From: Candidatus Shapirobacteria bacterium
Lineage (GTDB): Bacteria; Patescibacteriota; Microgenomatia; UBA12405
Length of the DNA stretch: 64,000 nucleotides
Assembly (NCBI GenBank): GCA_030698565.1
Contig: JAUYJS010000003.1
Location: forward strand, 76,187 to 140,186
Reading direction: 5' to 3'
Shown here: piece after piece, positions 28,334-39,091 of the stretch
How positions within the stretch are numbered: position 1 is the first letter of the stretch
Layout: each line of letters starts with the position of its first letter
Translations under genes and position numbers: made by a program
The notes under the pieces: generated by a model
The model's database searches: none
What the model was told of the DNA's origin: nothing
Seen by the model: only the letters and a program-made list of their open reading frames with translations

Positions 28334-29254
28334 ATGAAAAAAAATAAACAATCTTTAATATCCGTAATTATGCCGGTCTTTAACGCCGACAAATATTTAA
28401 AAGATGCTATAGACAGCATTTTAAATCAAACCTACTCTAATTTTGAATTTATTATTATTGACGATTCTTCAACTGATAATTCTTGGTCCATCATCAAAAA
28501 CTACCAAAAAATAGACAAACGAATTGTTGCCCGAAAAAATAGAAAAAATTCAGGTGTAGCTACAACTTTAAATAAAGCCTTAAAACTTTGCCACGGTGAA
28601 TATGTTGCTCGAATGGACGCCGATGATATTTCTTTGCCAAAACGTTTCCAAATTCAGCTGCACTACTTAAAAAAACACCCCGAAATTGTCGGTGTTGGCA
28701 CCCAAGTAAATATTATTAATAATTCCAACAAAATTACCGGTAAACGCTATTTTCCTACCACCACCAAAGATTGTTACCAATTTTTAATGATCACATCTCC
28801 TATTCAACATCCCACACTAATGGTCCGCACTCAAACCATAAAAAAATATCAATATTCAGCCAACTACAAAACAGCCGAAGATTGGGATCTTTACTTTAAA
28901 TTAGTTCAAAATAATCAATTAAATAATATCAATAAAACTCTTTATAATTATCGACAAAACTTTGGTAGCAACGGCTACAAAAACATCAAAAAAGCATTTA
29001 TTTTAATATTCAAAATTAGATTAAATGCCATTTTAAAACTAAACTATCATCCTTCAATAAAAGGACTTATTATTACTTTTCTCCAAGCCATTCTGGTTTT
29101 TTCCCTACCAGAAAAATTGGTTTTTAATCTATTCACTCTCTGGCGAGTCAGACAACTTTATTTTTTCGAAAATATTCAACTCCCACAATTATTACCAAAC
29201 AATTTAAAAGCCAACCAGCCCAAACTATTTGATTTGGCCAATAATCAGCCTTAA
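28334..29254 (+). CDS. GT2 family glycosyltransferase
   Basis: ISVIMPVFN, IIDDSSTD, ARMDADD. Confidence 0.92.
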   Translation: MKKNKQSLISVIMPVFNADKYLKDAIDSILNQTYSNFEFIIIDDSSTDNSWSIIKNYQKIDKRIVARKNRKNSGVATTLNKALKLCHGEYVARMDADDISLPKRFQIQLHYLKKHPEIVGVGTQVNIINNSNKITGKRYFPTTTKDCYQFLMITSPIQHPTLMVRTQTIKKYQYSANYKTAEDWDLYFKLVQNNQLNNINKTLYNYRQNFGSNGYKNIKKAFILIFKIRLNAILKLNYHPSIKGLIITFLQAILVFSLPEKLVFNLFTLWRVRQLYFFENIQLPQLLPNNLKANQPKLFDLANNQP

Positions 29255-32200
29255 GTTTCTCATCGTCACTTTTTATCACAAAAGCTTGCTCCCAACCATT
29301 TATCATTGCTGGTTGTAACTGTTCTCTTTTATCCGAAACTGACCAATGACTATGTTTTGCTTTGTTTATCCCAACCACCTTAGGTATCCTTGAAATTTCG
29401 GGAACCAAACTTATACCACCCCAAGCCAATGGTATTGGTTGAGTTACTAAATTAGAAATTTTGTTTACACTTTTATCTCTCCCTACCGCCCAAACTGCGG
29501 CTTCAAAAATGTAATTTTTCCAGTCTATGGGCAATATAAAAGTTTCTAGAATTTGATTGTTTTGTAAATATCCCATTCGCTCAGTCCACAATTTATTTTC
29601 CGCTTTTGTATCTCTAAAATTTAAATCCACCGGAATTCCTTCCAAATTTTCTACTTCCGCTGCCACCAACATCATATTGTTACTTAATTGGGGTGAACTT
29701 TGGCTCAGATAAAAACCAGAGACTCCTCTTTGGTTTTCTATTTTTAATCCATCTTTATCAATCAAAATATTATTCTCTAAACCCATATATTCGGGAATAA
29801 CTCCATAATCCTTTCTCAACTCAAAACTATTGTCTCTACTTTTTAAAATTGGTATTTCCACTTCAAGTAGATCCCCATTTTTAATCTCAATCGGGTCAAA
29901 GTTGAAATTAATATTGTTCTGCCAGTCATTTTCCAGATTACTAATTTTTTCCCAAACAATTGAATCCTGAATCTCCACACCCTCTGGCAAGAAAATTTTT
30001 ACCGTATCTGGACCCCTTAGAAAGATATAATCGCTACTGATCGAATCATCTTCCACAAAATATACCGAAATATTTTGATTCAAGCATTCTCTGGTCCGAT
30101 CAGATTTGATGCATACCTTTTTCCATAAATCTTTAGAACCGTTAGATAATTTTAATTTTATAATCAAATCACTTTCTACTTTTACCAGATTACTAGATAA
30201 ACTTATCTTTTTGTAAGTTTTTTTCCAGAAAGACAAAGTCTCATTTTCTGTAATATCACTATTCCCTAAAAAATTGATCTCCAGAATATTTTTAAAATCC
30301 CAAATATCTTTACTCAAAGAAATTAAGTCTGTTTGCTTTGGTAGATCAAAATTGATTCCACCGATCTGATTGTTTATTATCTCCTTCTTGTTTACCAAAA
30401 TTTTAGGAATAGCCGATCTTACTTCCACTTTTCCATTATCATAATTTAAATTAACTGGAAACTGTTCGGAATTATCTAAAGAAGGCTTGTAAGTTATGTC
30501 TTCACCTTTATAAATATGAGTCAAAACTATTTTCCCTTCTTTAAACCCTAATTTATCGGGTTTCAAAAATAATGGAAAAATTTTCCCATAATTGCCATCA
30601 ATGGACCACCATTCAGTGTTGTTTTTACTAAAAATTTTCCATCTGGTTAAATTATTCCAGTCATGATTCGTATAAATCAAATCATTGCCAAAATCTTCTT
30701 CATCATTAACTTTATATAAGCTCAAAAAATCTTTCTGCCAAACTTTGGTTAAATCCGGATTTGATTCTATTACTTTATTAAAAGTATTCCAATCATATCT
30801 ATAACCATTCTTTTTATCAGTTACACTTTTGTCCGCTATCACCCATTTAACCTTATAATTTTTTAGTGATCTAAAAAATAAATTTGGGTCTTCGCTGTAA
30901 TAAGTATTTACTAAAACATCAAAAGCTATTTCATTCTCTTGCGAACCAGTTGTCAATGATTTTTCAATAATTGGATTAGGAATTAGATAACTCCAAAGAA
31001 CCGAGCCAAAAAATCCCCAGTTATGATTTCTAAAATATAAATTATTCGCCTCCGGAGCCAAATAGATTCTGCCATTCTTGTCTGTTTCGTATAAATAATC
31101 TTTTAATTCAAAATAAGGCTTGGGTATTTTCACCAAATCACTCTTATTTATCAAATCCCCTTTAAAAATAGGCCAAACAAAAAATAATTGGCAGCCGATT
31201 ATTCCTATCAAAATTATTCTTCTCCAAACTTTATGATAATTTTTACTTAATTCAACTAAAAATAAAGAGGCTAAAATCGGAATAATAATTGATAATAACG
31301 GCCAAAATTTAGAACTTCCCCACCGAAATACTTGTCTAAATAAAGGAATATTATTTTCAAAAAACTGATATATAAATCCAAGTGGAGAATTGTCTCTTTT
31401 AATCAAAAAAATACCAAAAAAAAGTAGGAGCACTAACGGCCAAATTCTTTTCCATTGGCCAGTTTTTAAAATTTTTATTAAATATAAAAACGTTAAAAGA
31501 ATTGGTAAAAAAGCTAAATAACTAAAAAACGACCCGTTTTGATATATTGGTGAATATTTAAATAAGTATTCTCCATCATCATTTTTTATATCCAGCCATG
31601 AAGTATAAAATCTCAAAACGTTTCCCAGGTTGTTGTATTTAAGCTCACTTCCAATCGTCTCTGGAGTAATAATCCGGTTGATATAAGAACTTGTTAAAGC
31701 CGACGCATTTGATTTGACATAAAATCCAAACGGAACTAACCAATAAAGCTGAAAAATAATAAAAATACCAAAGACTAAAATTAATCTTCTAAGATTAATC
31801 CCTAAAAGATAAAACCAAAAATAAAAAGTCACTATTATTATCAAAACAACCAAAAATATGGTTGGGACTATTGCCGACGAACTAATTAATAAAATTGAAA
31901 GTAAAAAAAATAAAAAAGTTTTTAGATTCCATTCATTAAAAAAGTTCCAGCTCTGCCACAAAAAAAATGGTAGAAAACCCCAAACAAAAATAAAAGGTTT
32001 CAATGGCGAAAAAAACAACCACAAGGTCAATATATTGGTAAAGTAAAAAACCCCAGTTAATAGAAATAAAGATTGTCCCTGAAAATCATCTAACTTCTTC
32101 TTAAAAATAGAGAGACTTAAACTAGCAATCGACCAAGATCCCAAAAAAAACACCAAAGAAACGCTTAATTGAGATATTAACCACAACGGTACCCCTAAAC

Positions 32201-32471
32201 TATTTAAAAACAAATCTACTCCCGACCTAAAAATATCCACTTGTTCCGAATCAGACGGTACACCTAGCCCCCGGTAATCTCTCCAAGCTGGTGACACCAA
32301 AAGTCTTTTTACTGATACTAGTGGCGCTTCCTCGGGAGAATAGTTATCATTTCCCAATACAAAATATCCCCAATGAAAATTTATTATTATTACCACCACC
32401 AACAATCCCAGCAATAAAAATTTTCCCCAAGATTTAATCAAGCGATCCTTCACACTTGTATTATAAAGCAA
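29148..32471 (-). CDS. Large polytopic membrane protein, GT-C/arabinofuranosyltransferase-like
   Basis: About 11 N-terminal TMs, FRWGSSKF, large soluble region, MINGWEQAF near C-terminal TM. Confidence 0.55.
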   Translation of the reverse strand: MLYNTSVKDRLIKSWGKFLLLGLLVVVIIINFHWGYFVLGNDNYSPEEAPLVSVKRLLVSPAWRDYRGLGVPSDSEQVDIFRSGVDLFLNSLGVPLWLISQLSVSLVFFLGSWSIASLSLSIFKKKLDDFQGQSLFLLTGVFYFTNILTLWLFFSPLKPFIFVWGFLPFFLWQSWNFFNEWNLKTFLFFLLSILLISSSAIVPTIFLVVLIIIVTFYFWFYLLGINLRRLILVFGIFIIFQLYWLVPFGFYVKSNASALTSSYINRIITPETIGSELKYNNLGNVLRFYTSWLDIKNDDGEYLFKYSPIYQNGSFFSYLAFLPILLTFLYLIKILKTGQWKRIWPLVLLLFFGIFLIKRDNSPLGFIYQFFENNIPLFRQVFRWGSSKFWPLLSIIIPILASLFLVELSKNYHKVWRRIILIGIIGCQLFFVWPIFKGDLINKSDLVKIPKPYFELKDYLYETDKNGRIYLAPEANNLYFRNHNWGFFGSVLWSYLIPNPIIEKSLTTGSQENEIAFDVLVNTYYSEDPNLFFRSLKNYKVKWVIADKSVTDKKNGYRYDWNTFNKVIESNPDLTKVWQKDFLSLYKVNDEEDFGNDLIYTNHDWNNLTRWKIFSKNNTEWWSIDGNYGKIFPLFLKPDKLGFKEGKIVLTHIYKGEDITYKPSLDNSEQFPVNLNYDNGKVEVRSAIPKILVNKKEIINNQIGGINFDLPKQTDLISLSKDIWDFKNILEINFLGNSDITENETLSFWKKTYKKISLSSNLVKVESDLIIKLKLSNGSKDLWKKVCIKSDRTRECLNQNISVYFVEDDSISSDYIFLRGPDTVKIFLPEGVEIQDSIVWEKISNLENDWQNNINFNFDPIEIKNGDLLEVEIPILKSRDNSFELRKDYGVIPEYMGLENNILIDKDGLKIENQRGVSGFYLSQSSPQLSNNMMLVAAEVENLEGIPVDLNFRDTKAENKLWTERMGYLQNNQILETFILPIDWKNYIFEAAVWAVGRDKSVNKISNLVTQPIPLAWGGISLVPEISRIPKVVGINKAKHSHWSVSDKREQLQPAMINGWEQAFVIKSDDEKLKADYWPNQIVWAGWLLNCLVIIVGVEYFRKNKVV

Positions 32472-32500
32472 CCCACGTCTTACAGCCAGGGTATTTAAGG

Positions 32501-33748
32501 CTAACTAAATTCCCTCATCCAATTTTTTACCTCAATATCAATTTCTGCCAAATTTCCTTCCAAATTAGCTTCATTTTTATTTACTTCACAACATACTCGG
32601 TCGATTAAATCAGCCACTTTTATAAAATCTTTTTCTCTGAATCCTCGAGTCGTCATGGCCGGAGTACCGATTCTAATTCCCGACGGTCTCATTGGTGATC
32701 CTTCATCATGAGGCACCATATTGGAATTCACAAAAATATTGGCCTTTTCCAAAGCCACTGCCACCTCTTTACCTCTTTCTTTACCTACATCAATTAGCAT
32801 TAGATGATTTTCTGTTCCAAAAACTTTATATCCTTTCTCCTTTAAAGAATCAGCCAAAGTTTTAGCATTTTTTACTATTTGATGTGCATAATCATTAAAT
32901 TCTTCACTATCGGCCTCATTAAAAGCCACCGCCAACGCTCCAATCGTATTTTCGTGCGGCCCGCCTTGCATTCCTGGAAACACAGCTCTGTCGATCCGCT
33001 TTTCCAAATCCAGTATTCCGAAGCTTTTAGCGAAGGATATCCCTTTTTTAGTCACACCAATAATCGCTCCCCGTGGACCTCGCAAACTTTTGTGGGTAGT
33101 ACTGGTAACAATATGAACATAGGGCACTGGACTCGGATGAGCCCCGCCAATTACCAATCCCACAATATGGGAAATATCGGCAATTAACCAAGCGCCAACA
33201 CTATCGGCAATTTCTCCAAACTTTTTAAAATCTAAAATATATGGATATGCAGTTGTCCCAGCAAAAATAATTTTTGGTCTAGTTTCTTTTACTAATTCAC
33301 CCAACTTTTCATAATCAATTCGACCGTCTGGTTCGACATCATACTGCACACTTCTGAAAAATTTTCCCGAAAAAGTAATTTTTGGATGACCATGAGTCAA
33401 ATGACCACCAGCTGACAATTTCAAACCACAAATAGTATCACCCACTTCCGCCAAAGCCATCAATACTTCACTATTCGCCGGGCTACCAGAATATGGTTGA
33501 ACATTTAAATGTTCAACTCCCAAAAGTTTTTTACCTCTTTCAATGGCTAAACTCTCGATTTCATCAACAAAACCATTACCCTGATAATATCTTTTCCCGG
33601 GGTAACCTTCGGCATATTTATTGGTCAATACACTCCCCAAAACCTTCATTACTTCTTCAGAGGCAAAATTCTCACTCGGTATCAAGTGAATCCCCTCTTT
33701 TTGCCGACCTGCTTCTTTTTTTATTAATTCAAATATTTTTTTATCCAT
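32501..33748 (-). CDS. glyA: Serine hydroxymethyltransferase
   Basis: LIPSENF, NKYAEGYPGKRYY, TTHKSLRGPRG. Confidence 0.96.
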   Translation of the reverse strand: MDKKIFELIKKEAGRQKEGIHLIPSENFASEEVMKVLGSVLTNKYAEGYPGKRYYQGNGFVDEIESLAIERGKKLLGVEHLNVQPYSGSPANSEVLMALAEVGDTICGLKLSAGGHLTHGHPKITFSGKFFRSVQYDVEPDGRIDYEKLGELVKETRPKIIFAGTTAYPYILDFKKFGEIADSVGAWLIADISHIVGLVIGGAHPSPVPYVHIVTSTTHKSLRGPRGAIIGVTKKGISFAKSFGILDLEKRIDRAVFPGMQGGPHENTIGALAVAFNEADSEEFNDYAHQIVKNAKTLADSLKEKGYKVFGTENHLMLIDVGKERGKEVAVALEKANIFVNSNMVPHDEGSPMRPSGIRIGTPAMTTRGFREKDFIKVADLIDRVCCEVNKNEANLEGNLAEIDIEVKNWMREFS

Positions 33749-33754
33749 TTTAAT

Positions 33755-34483
33755 TTATTTTAACAAACCTCTTTTTTCTATCTCTTTCAAGATTTTTTGA
33801 TGAATTTCTTCCGGAGCCATTAACTGACCATTTTCACAACAATCAATCAAAACCCAACTTTCCGGATTCTGTTCCGCCATCTTTTTATATTCTTTAGCCG
33901 ATTCCATTTGATGATTAAAATCCTCTTCCGCCGCATCCATCACCTGACCACTAGTATATTTTCTTTCTGCTTTTTTCTTGACATTTTCCCGACAAATTGG
34001 CGGATCAACCAACAAAACTATTACCAAATCCGGCGGGATAATTTTCATTTCATCATAACCAGTACTCCACAGCCACTCAGCATACTTTTCCCTTTCCCTT
34101 TCTGGCATTTTAGCAATTTGATGAATATTCGAAGTAAAATACCGATTGCAAATAACCATTTTCCCCAAATCCAAAGCCGGTTTTATAATATCTTTACTCC
34201 CCTCCGCCTCGTCCAAAATATAAGGCAAAACAGTTAAATACGGACTCACTTGCATCGGATCACCAAATTCTTTAGCCAACATTCTGCCTACATGCCTTCC
34301 CCAAAAACTAGTTTCGTAATGAGGATAATCATCAGTGACCACTTCCAAACCATTTTTTCTCAATCCCTCAACTAACAATTCAGTTTGTGTCCCTTTTCCC
34401 GACCCATCAATTCCTTCAATTACAATAAATTTTCCTTGTTGGTTACTCTTATACATTCTTGATTCTTTATAGTCTAGCTTCAA
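33755..34483 (-). CDS. tmk: Thymidylate kinase-like protein
   Basis: FIVIEGIDGSGKGTQ, ICNRY. Confidence 0.8.
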   Translation of the reverse strand: MKLDYKESRMYKSNQQGKFIVIEGIDGSGKGTQTELLVEGLRKNGLEVVTDDYPHYETSFWGRHVGRMLAKEFGDPMQVSPYLTVLPYILDEAEGSKDIIKPALDLGKMVICNRYFTSNIHQIAKMPEREREKYAEWLWSTGYDEMKIIPPDLVIVLLVDPPICRENVKKKAERKYTSGQVMDAAEEDFNHQMESAKEYKKMAEQNPESWVLIDCCENGQLMAPEEIHQKILKEIEKRGLLK

Positions 34484-34595
34484 GCTAAATTCAAATTAGC
34501 TTATCAAGCTAAAAATAAAAAATTAGCCATTAATTAGGCTTTTATTTACAACAAGCATTTGTCTTTGTTCATCCTATTTTGATATACTGAATTTA

Positions 34596-35153
34596 GTGAA
34601 ATTAAAGCCCCATCATCATAAATATAAAAATTTAATTTTATTAGCACTTGGTATTATTGTCGCCCTAATTTTATTTAAAAATTCTGCCTTCCATAATTTT
34701 CTTTTAAGCCTTGGTAACTACGGTTATATCAGCGCTTTTATCGCCGGTGCGCTGTATGCTTCCACTTTTACAGTACCTATTGGTGCTATTATTCTTATTA
34801 CTCTAGCCAAAACCCTATCCCCAATTGAACTAATTATTATCGCACTTTTTGGTTCTGTAATTTTTGATGTCACGGTTTTTAAATTAGTCAAACACAAAAT
34901 TTCGGATGAAATTTCCCACATATACAATAATCCAAAATTTGATCATCACTTTAAAAAAATATTACATACCAAATACTTTGCCTGGACTTTACCCTTAATT
35001 GGTATTTTTATGATCATTTCCCCGCTTCCCGACGAATTGGCCATCGGCTTAATGGGTCTAGCCAAAATTCATGGTCTGGAATTTCTATTAATCTCCGCCG
35101 TTTCTCACGCCATTGGTCTTTCTCTCATCATCTCCGCCTCAAATTTGATTTAG
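34596..35153 (+). CDS. Membrane protein (paralog of 37042-37608)
   Basis: STFTV and ISPLPDEL motifs shared with the paralog. Confidence 0.75.
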   Translation: MKLKPHHHKYKNLILLALGIIVALILFKNSAFHNFLLSLGNYGYISAFIAGALYASTFTVPIGAIILITLAKTLSPIELIIIALFGSVIFDVTVFKLVKHKISDEISHIYNNPKFDHHFKKILHTKYFAWTLPLIGIFMIISPLPDELAIGLMGLAKIHGLEFLLISAVSHAIGLSLIISASNLI

Positions 35154-35163
35154 ACCATGTTTT

Positions 35164-35898
35164 TTAGGTCAGTTTGGCAATTTCATTATTCAAAAACATT
35201 ATAGTTTCTTCTTTTAAGGTTTTTCTAATTTTACTAAAAGTTTCAGTTGGCAAAAGAGTATTTAAGTCCTGATCAATTAATGTTTGATTAATTTTTTGTT
35301 TGATAAAATCACAAAGATAAATAAGGTATTCTTTAGTTTGTGTTCCTGTTCTTTCAATTATTACTTGTTCATTATATTTTAAATTTTTTAAGAAAAAATA
35401 ATGAATATCGTAGATATCTCGACCAGCAATTGATTTTTTACGGTCATAGCGATCTTTAACAGCCACCAGTTTATTTGCAAAGATACTTTCTTGGCTTTGA
35501 CAATTAACTGTCCGATTAATTTCCGGCAAAAACACCGGTACATAAACATTTGACTTTACAATAAAATTAAGGGCATCAATTTTTAAAGTGTTTCTTTCAT
35601 TTAGTAAATTAGAATATTTAAGAAAAAATTCTAGGGCTTTTTGACTTTCTTGTTGTAAATTAAATCCAAGTTTGTCAAAAATTTTATGAAATTCAAGTCT
35701 TAACTCTTTTTCGTCTACTCCAGTTTTAAGGTCAAAATCAAGATCAACAGAAAATCTATTAAGGATTCCCATCATTGAAGCGCAAGTGCCACCTTTGAAA
35801 AATAAAGAATTAGACAAAAGAGGGTTGTCTACGATTTCAGTTAAGGTTCTAAGTAAATAAGCTTTGTGAATAGCGTCTGCTGGTTTAACTATAATCAT
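35164..35898 (-). CDS. AbiEii-family nucleotidyltransferase toxin
   Basis: FKGGTC, RFSVDLDF, ANKL, GRDIYD. Confidence 0.9.
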   Translation of the reverse strand: MIIVKPADAIHKAYLLRTLTEIVDNPLLSNSLFFKGGTCASMMGILNRFSVDLDFDLKTGVDEKELRLEFHKIFDKLGFNLQQESQKALEFFLKYSNLLNERNTLKIDALNFIVKSNVYVPVFLPEINRTVNCQSQESIFANKLVAVKDRYDRKKSIAGRDIYDIHYFFLKNLKYNEQVIIERTGTQTKEYLIYLCDFIKQKINQTLIDQDLNTLLPTETFSKIRKTLKEETIMFLNNEIAKLT

Positions 35899-36437
35899 AG
35901 ATAGTTGATTTCTTTTTGATAACTTTTAACTAAATCCCAATCAATGATACTATCAGCATCAAAATGATAACTTGGTTGAAAATATAACATGTCGGCAATT
36001 GCCCGCTCAATAGTGGCAATAAAAACACCTTTATCATTTTGAATAATTCCGACACTATTGTTAAGACATTGAGGTTTTAATTGTCTTACTAAATAGGAGA
36101 CTTCATTAATATTAAAATTAGCAGGAGAACTAGAAACAAAAGTGATTTTAGTGGGAGATTGATTGATTATCCCATTTTTAGACAAAATCGATTCTGTACT
36201 TAGATAACTAAATTGATTTATGGCTCTAAAGCCAATTTCTATCGGATCCAATTGATCTAGAGGAACGATGCTGTAAAAACCTTTCTGGATACTAATCAAA
36301 ACCTTTTTTTTAATAAACCTGGCAATAGTTTTATAAAGTGTATTTTGATTTGAAATATTCCAAAGAACTTTCAGGTCTGAGGTATGAAATAACCTTTGTG
36401 CTTGTTGGATTAAAATACCAATTTTATCTTTAGTCAT
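35895..36437 (-). CDS. AbiEi-family antitoxin
   Basis: N-terminal wHTH, SYLSTESILS, IATIERAIADMLY; 4-bp overlap with toxin. Confidence 0.85.
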   Translation of the reverse strand: MTKDKIGILIQQAQRLFHTSDLKVLWNISNQNTLYKTIARFIKKKVLISIQKGFYSIVPLDQLDPIEIGFRAINQFSYLSTESILSKNGIINQSPTKITFVSSSPANFNINEVSYLVRQLKPQCLNNSVGIIQNDKGVFIATIERAIADMLYFQPSYHFDADSIIDWDLVKSYQKEINYL

Positions 36438-36549
36438 AGTTATATTATCTAGTACTAATATGTACAGGATAACACAACCATTGTGCTTGTCAAGCAGCTG
36501 TCAAACTCTCATCATCTCCGCCTCAAATTTTATTTAAAAAAAACACCTC

Positions 36550-37020
36550 CTAATAATTCAACGGCGGTCGCATTTTTTTACCCGAATATTTCAACTTCAT
36601 ACCGATAACCTCATCGTAAATTTCCCGAACTTCTTTTTTTATCACTTCAATATCGACACCTTTTGATCGCAAATTTTCCAAAACATATTCCATTGACTTA
36701 GCATAATCATTTTTAAATTTTTTGTTTATATCTTGCCAAACAATTCCTTTTAGTGGGGACAATAAATTTTCGCTAAATAATAATCTTTTGGTCAACATCA
36801 AAAAGGCAATCATCGGATAACTAACCGCACCAGTAAAATAAGCCGTATTATCATTTGAAATGATATCTCTTGTTTCCGGATCATATTTTATATCGTAAAT
36901 TTTGTCCCTCATCGACGAAAAACATTTAGCGTGATTATCATCTTCCAATTTAATTCTTGAATCGGCCATAGCCGTCAATGCTTCATAAACTTTTGAAATA
37001 TGTGGTTTTTTCCAGATCAC
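36550..37020 (-). CDS. Hypothetical protein
   Basis: ORF with host-like composition. Confidence 0.6.
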   Translation of the reverse strand: MIWKKPHISKVYEALTAMADSRIKLEDDNHAKCFSSMRDKIYDIKYDPETRDIISNDNTAYFTGAVSYPMIAFLMLTKRLLFSENLLSPLKGIVWQDINKKFKNDYAKSMEYVLENLRSKGVDIEVIKKEVREIYDEVIGMKLKYSGKKMRPPLNY

Positions 37021-37041
37021 TAGCTAATATATTACCAGATA

Positions 37042-37608
37042 CTAGGGTTTAATGATTACCGATGCCGATACTATTAAAAATAAGCCGATAGAATTTAAAA
37101 CATAAGACAAAACAATAAATTTGAACGTGCTTAATTTTGACATCCCCATTAGACTAACACCTAGCTCATCGGGCAACGGCGAGGCAATAATAACCGCCCC
37201 TATCACAGGCAACATCCAATTAAAATAATTTGAATGAAACAGTTTTTTGAGATGCCTTTTTTTATCTAAATGCTTATATATATCATTTATTTCCTTGGCC
37301 AAATTGTCTTTGATAAAATGAAATATGAGCACATCTCCGACGACCGCTCCCAAACCAGCAATCAAACCAATTTCTATAGGCGACAGGGTTTCTGCCAAAG
37401 TCAGTAAAACCAAAACACTTGTGGCAACAGTAAAGGTAGACACAAAAAATATACCTGCAATAAAAGCACCAAGATACCCCAAACCATTTAAATGTAAAAG
37501 AAAAGTATGAAACGCTTCAATTTGGGACAGAACAATAGCTAAAATTATTCCCAAAAAAACAACAGTAAGATTTTTATATTTCCACTGATGACCTAATCCA
37601 CCACTCAT
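37042..37608 (-). CDS. Membrane protein (paralog of 34596-35153)
   Basis: STFTV and IASPLPDEL motifs. Confidence 0.75.
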   Translation of the reverse strand: MSGGLGHQWKYKNLTVVFLGIILAIVLSQIEAFHTFLLHLNGLGYLGAFIAGIFFVSTFTVATSVLVLLTLAETLSPIEIGLIAGLGAVVGDVLIFHFIKDNLAKEINDIYKHLDKKRHLKKLFHSNYFNWMLPVIGAVIIASPLPDELGVSLMGMSKLSTFKFIVLSYVLNSIGLFLIVSASVIIKP

Positions 37609-37685
37609 ATTATTTATTGTACTTTATATATAATCATTTAAGCCAAAGCAATGCTTTGTGTCTTTGATTTTGGTATAAATATTTA

Positions 37686-39077
37686 GTGAGACTTAATGAA
37701 ATTGGTCAAGCCAAATTACCCGCCCCTCCCCTTTTAAGAAAAATGTTCGGCCCGAGTTTTATATTATTAGGAATGGGTTTGGGCAGTGGGGAACTAATCT
37801 TGTGGCCATATTTGAGTGCTAATTATGGAATGGGGATAATCTGGGCGGCAATTATTGGCATAACCTTTCAATTTTTTATAAATATGGAAATTGAAAGATA
37901 CACATTAATAACCGGTGAAAGTGTGTTTGTGGGGTTAGGTAGAAAACTTAAATTAATTTCACCTGTTTGGTTTATATTGTCCACCTTAATCCCTTGGATG
38001 TGGCCAGGAATCATCTTATCTTCAGCTACGATTTTTGGACAAATAATTGGTTTTGATAATTCGGGAGTCTTAGCAATTCTTATGTTAATTTCTATCGGTC
38101 TGATTTTAACTTTAGGAAAAGTCGTTTACAAAACCCAAGAAAGTATCCAAAAAGCATTAATTTTTATTGGAATCCCGATAATTTTTTGCTTAACTTTAAT
38201 ATTTATTAATTTAGGAGATTGGCCCACCATAGTAAGCGGTTTTGTAGGCAAAGGAACCGATTACTGGTTTATACCAGCTGGACTGCCAATGATAACCCTT
38301 TTGGCAGCTTTTGCTTATGCAGGTGCTGGCGGCAATCTCAACTTAGCCCAGTCTTTTTATATTAAAGAAAAAGGTTATGGAATGGGTAAATACGGCGGTA
38401 AGATAACTAGCGTTTTAACCGGAAAAAAGGAAGAAATAACCCTAGAAGGAAAAACCTTTGAAGTCAACAAAGAAAATTTGAAACTTTTTAAGGATTGGTG
38501 GATAAAAATAAATTTAGAACATCTAATTATTTTCTGGTTTATAGGCGCCATAACCATTGTTTTTTTAAGCTTACTATCATTTTCTACTGTCTACAAAAAC
38601 ACGAGCGAGCTTAGTGGTATTAGTTTTCTTTTCGAAGAAGCTTTATTTATTGGTAAAAATACCCTACCAATAGTTGGTACAATTTTTCTGACTTTAGCTG
38701 CAGCCATGCTATTTTCCACCCAACTTTCCATAATGGATGCTACAAGCAGGATAATGTCGGAAAACTTAGTGATAATAAATCAAGATAGATTTAATATAAA
38801 AAATTTAGCAACATTTTATTATAGATTTTTATGGTTTCAAATCTTATTAAGTATAATAATAATATTGCTTGGATTTAGAGAACCTTTGCAATTGGTAATA
38901 ATCGGAGCATTTCTAAATGCTATTGCCATGTTTGTATATTCGATCGCAGTATTGTGGCTAAACCACCAAAGTCTAGACAAAAGACTTAGACCAAAACCCT
39001 ACAGAATTATAGTGCTATTTTTAGCTATAGCATTTTTCGGATTATTTAGTTTAATGACTTTTCCTTTCAGCCCATAA
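37686..39077 (+). CDS. Nramp-like/APC superfamily transporter
   Basis: GPSFILLGMGLGSGELILWP, ERYTLITGES; about 11 TMs. Confidence 0.8.
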   Translation: MRLNEIGQAKLPAPPLLRKMFGPSFILLGMGLGSGELILWPYLSANYGMGIIWAAIIGITFQFFINMEIERYTLITGESVFVGLGRKLKLISPVWFILSTLIPWMWPGIILSSATIFGQIIGFDNSGVLAILMLISIGLILTLGKVVYKTQESIQKALIFIGIPIIFCLTLIFINLGDWPTIVSGFVGKGTDYWFIPAGLPMITLLAAFAYAGAGGNLNLAQSFYIKEKGYGMGKYGGKITSVLTGKKEEITLEGKTFEVNKENLKLFKDWWIKINLEHLIIFWFIGAITIVFLSLLSFSTVYKNTSELSGISFLFEEALFIGKNTLPIVGTIFLTLAAAMLFSTQLSIMDATSRIMSENLVIINQDRFNIKNLATFYYRFLWFQILLSIIIILLGFREPLQLVIIGAFLNAIAMFVYSIAVLWLNHQSLDKRLRPKPYRIIVLFLAIAFFGLFSLMTFPFSP

Positions 39078-39091
39078 TCCAATTTGCAGAA

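Larger units (their letters stand above)
35122..36530. mobile_element. Direct-repeat-bounded AbiE mini-island
   Basis: CTCTCATCATCTCCGCCTCAAATTT at 35122-35146 and 36506-36530. Confidence 0.6.
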
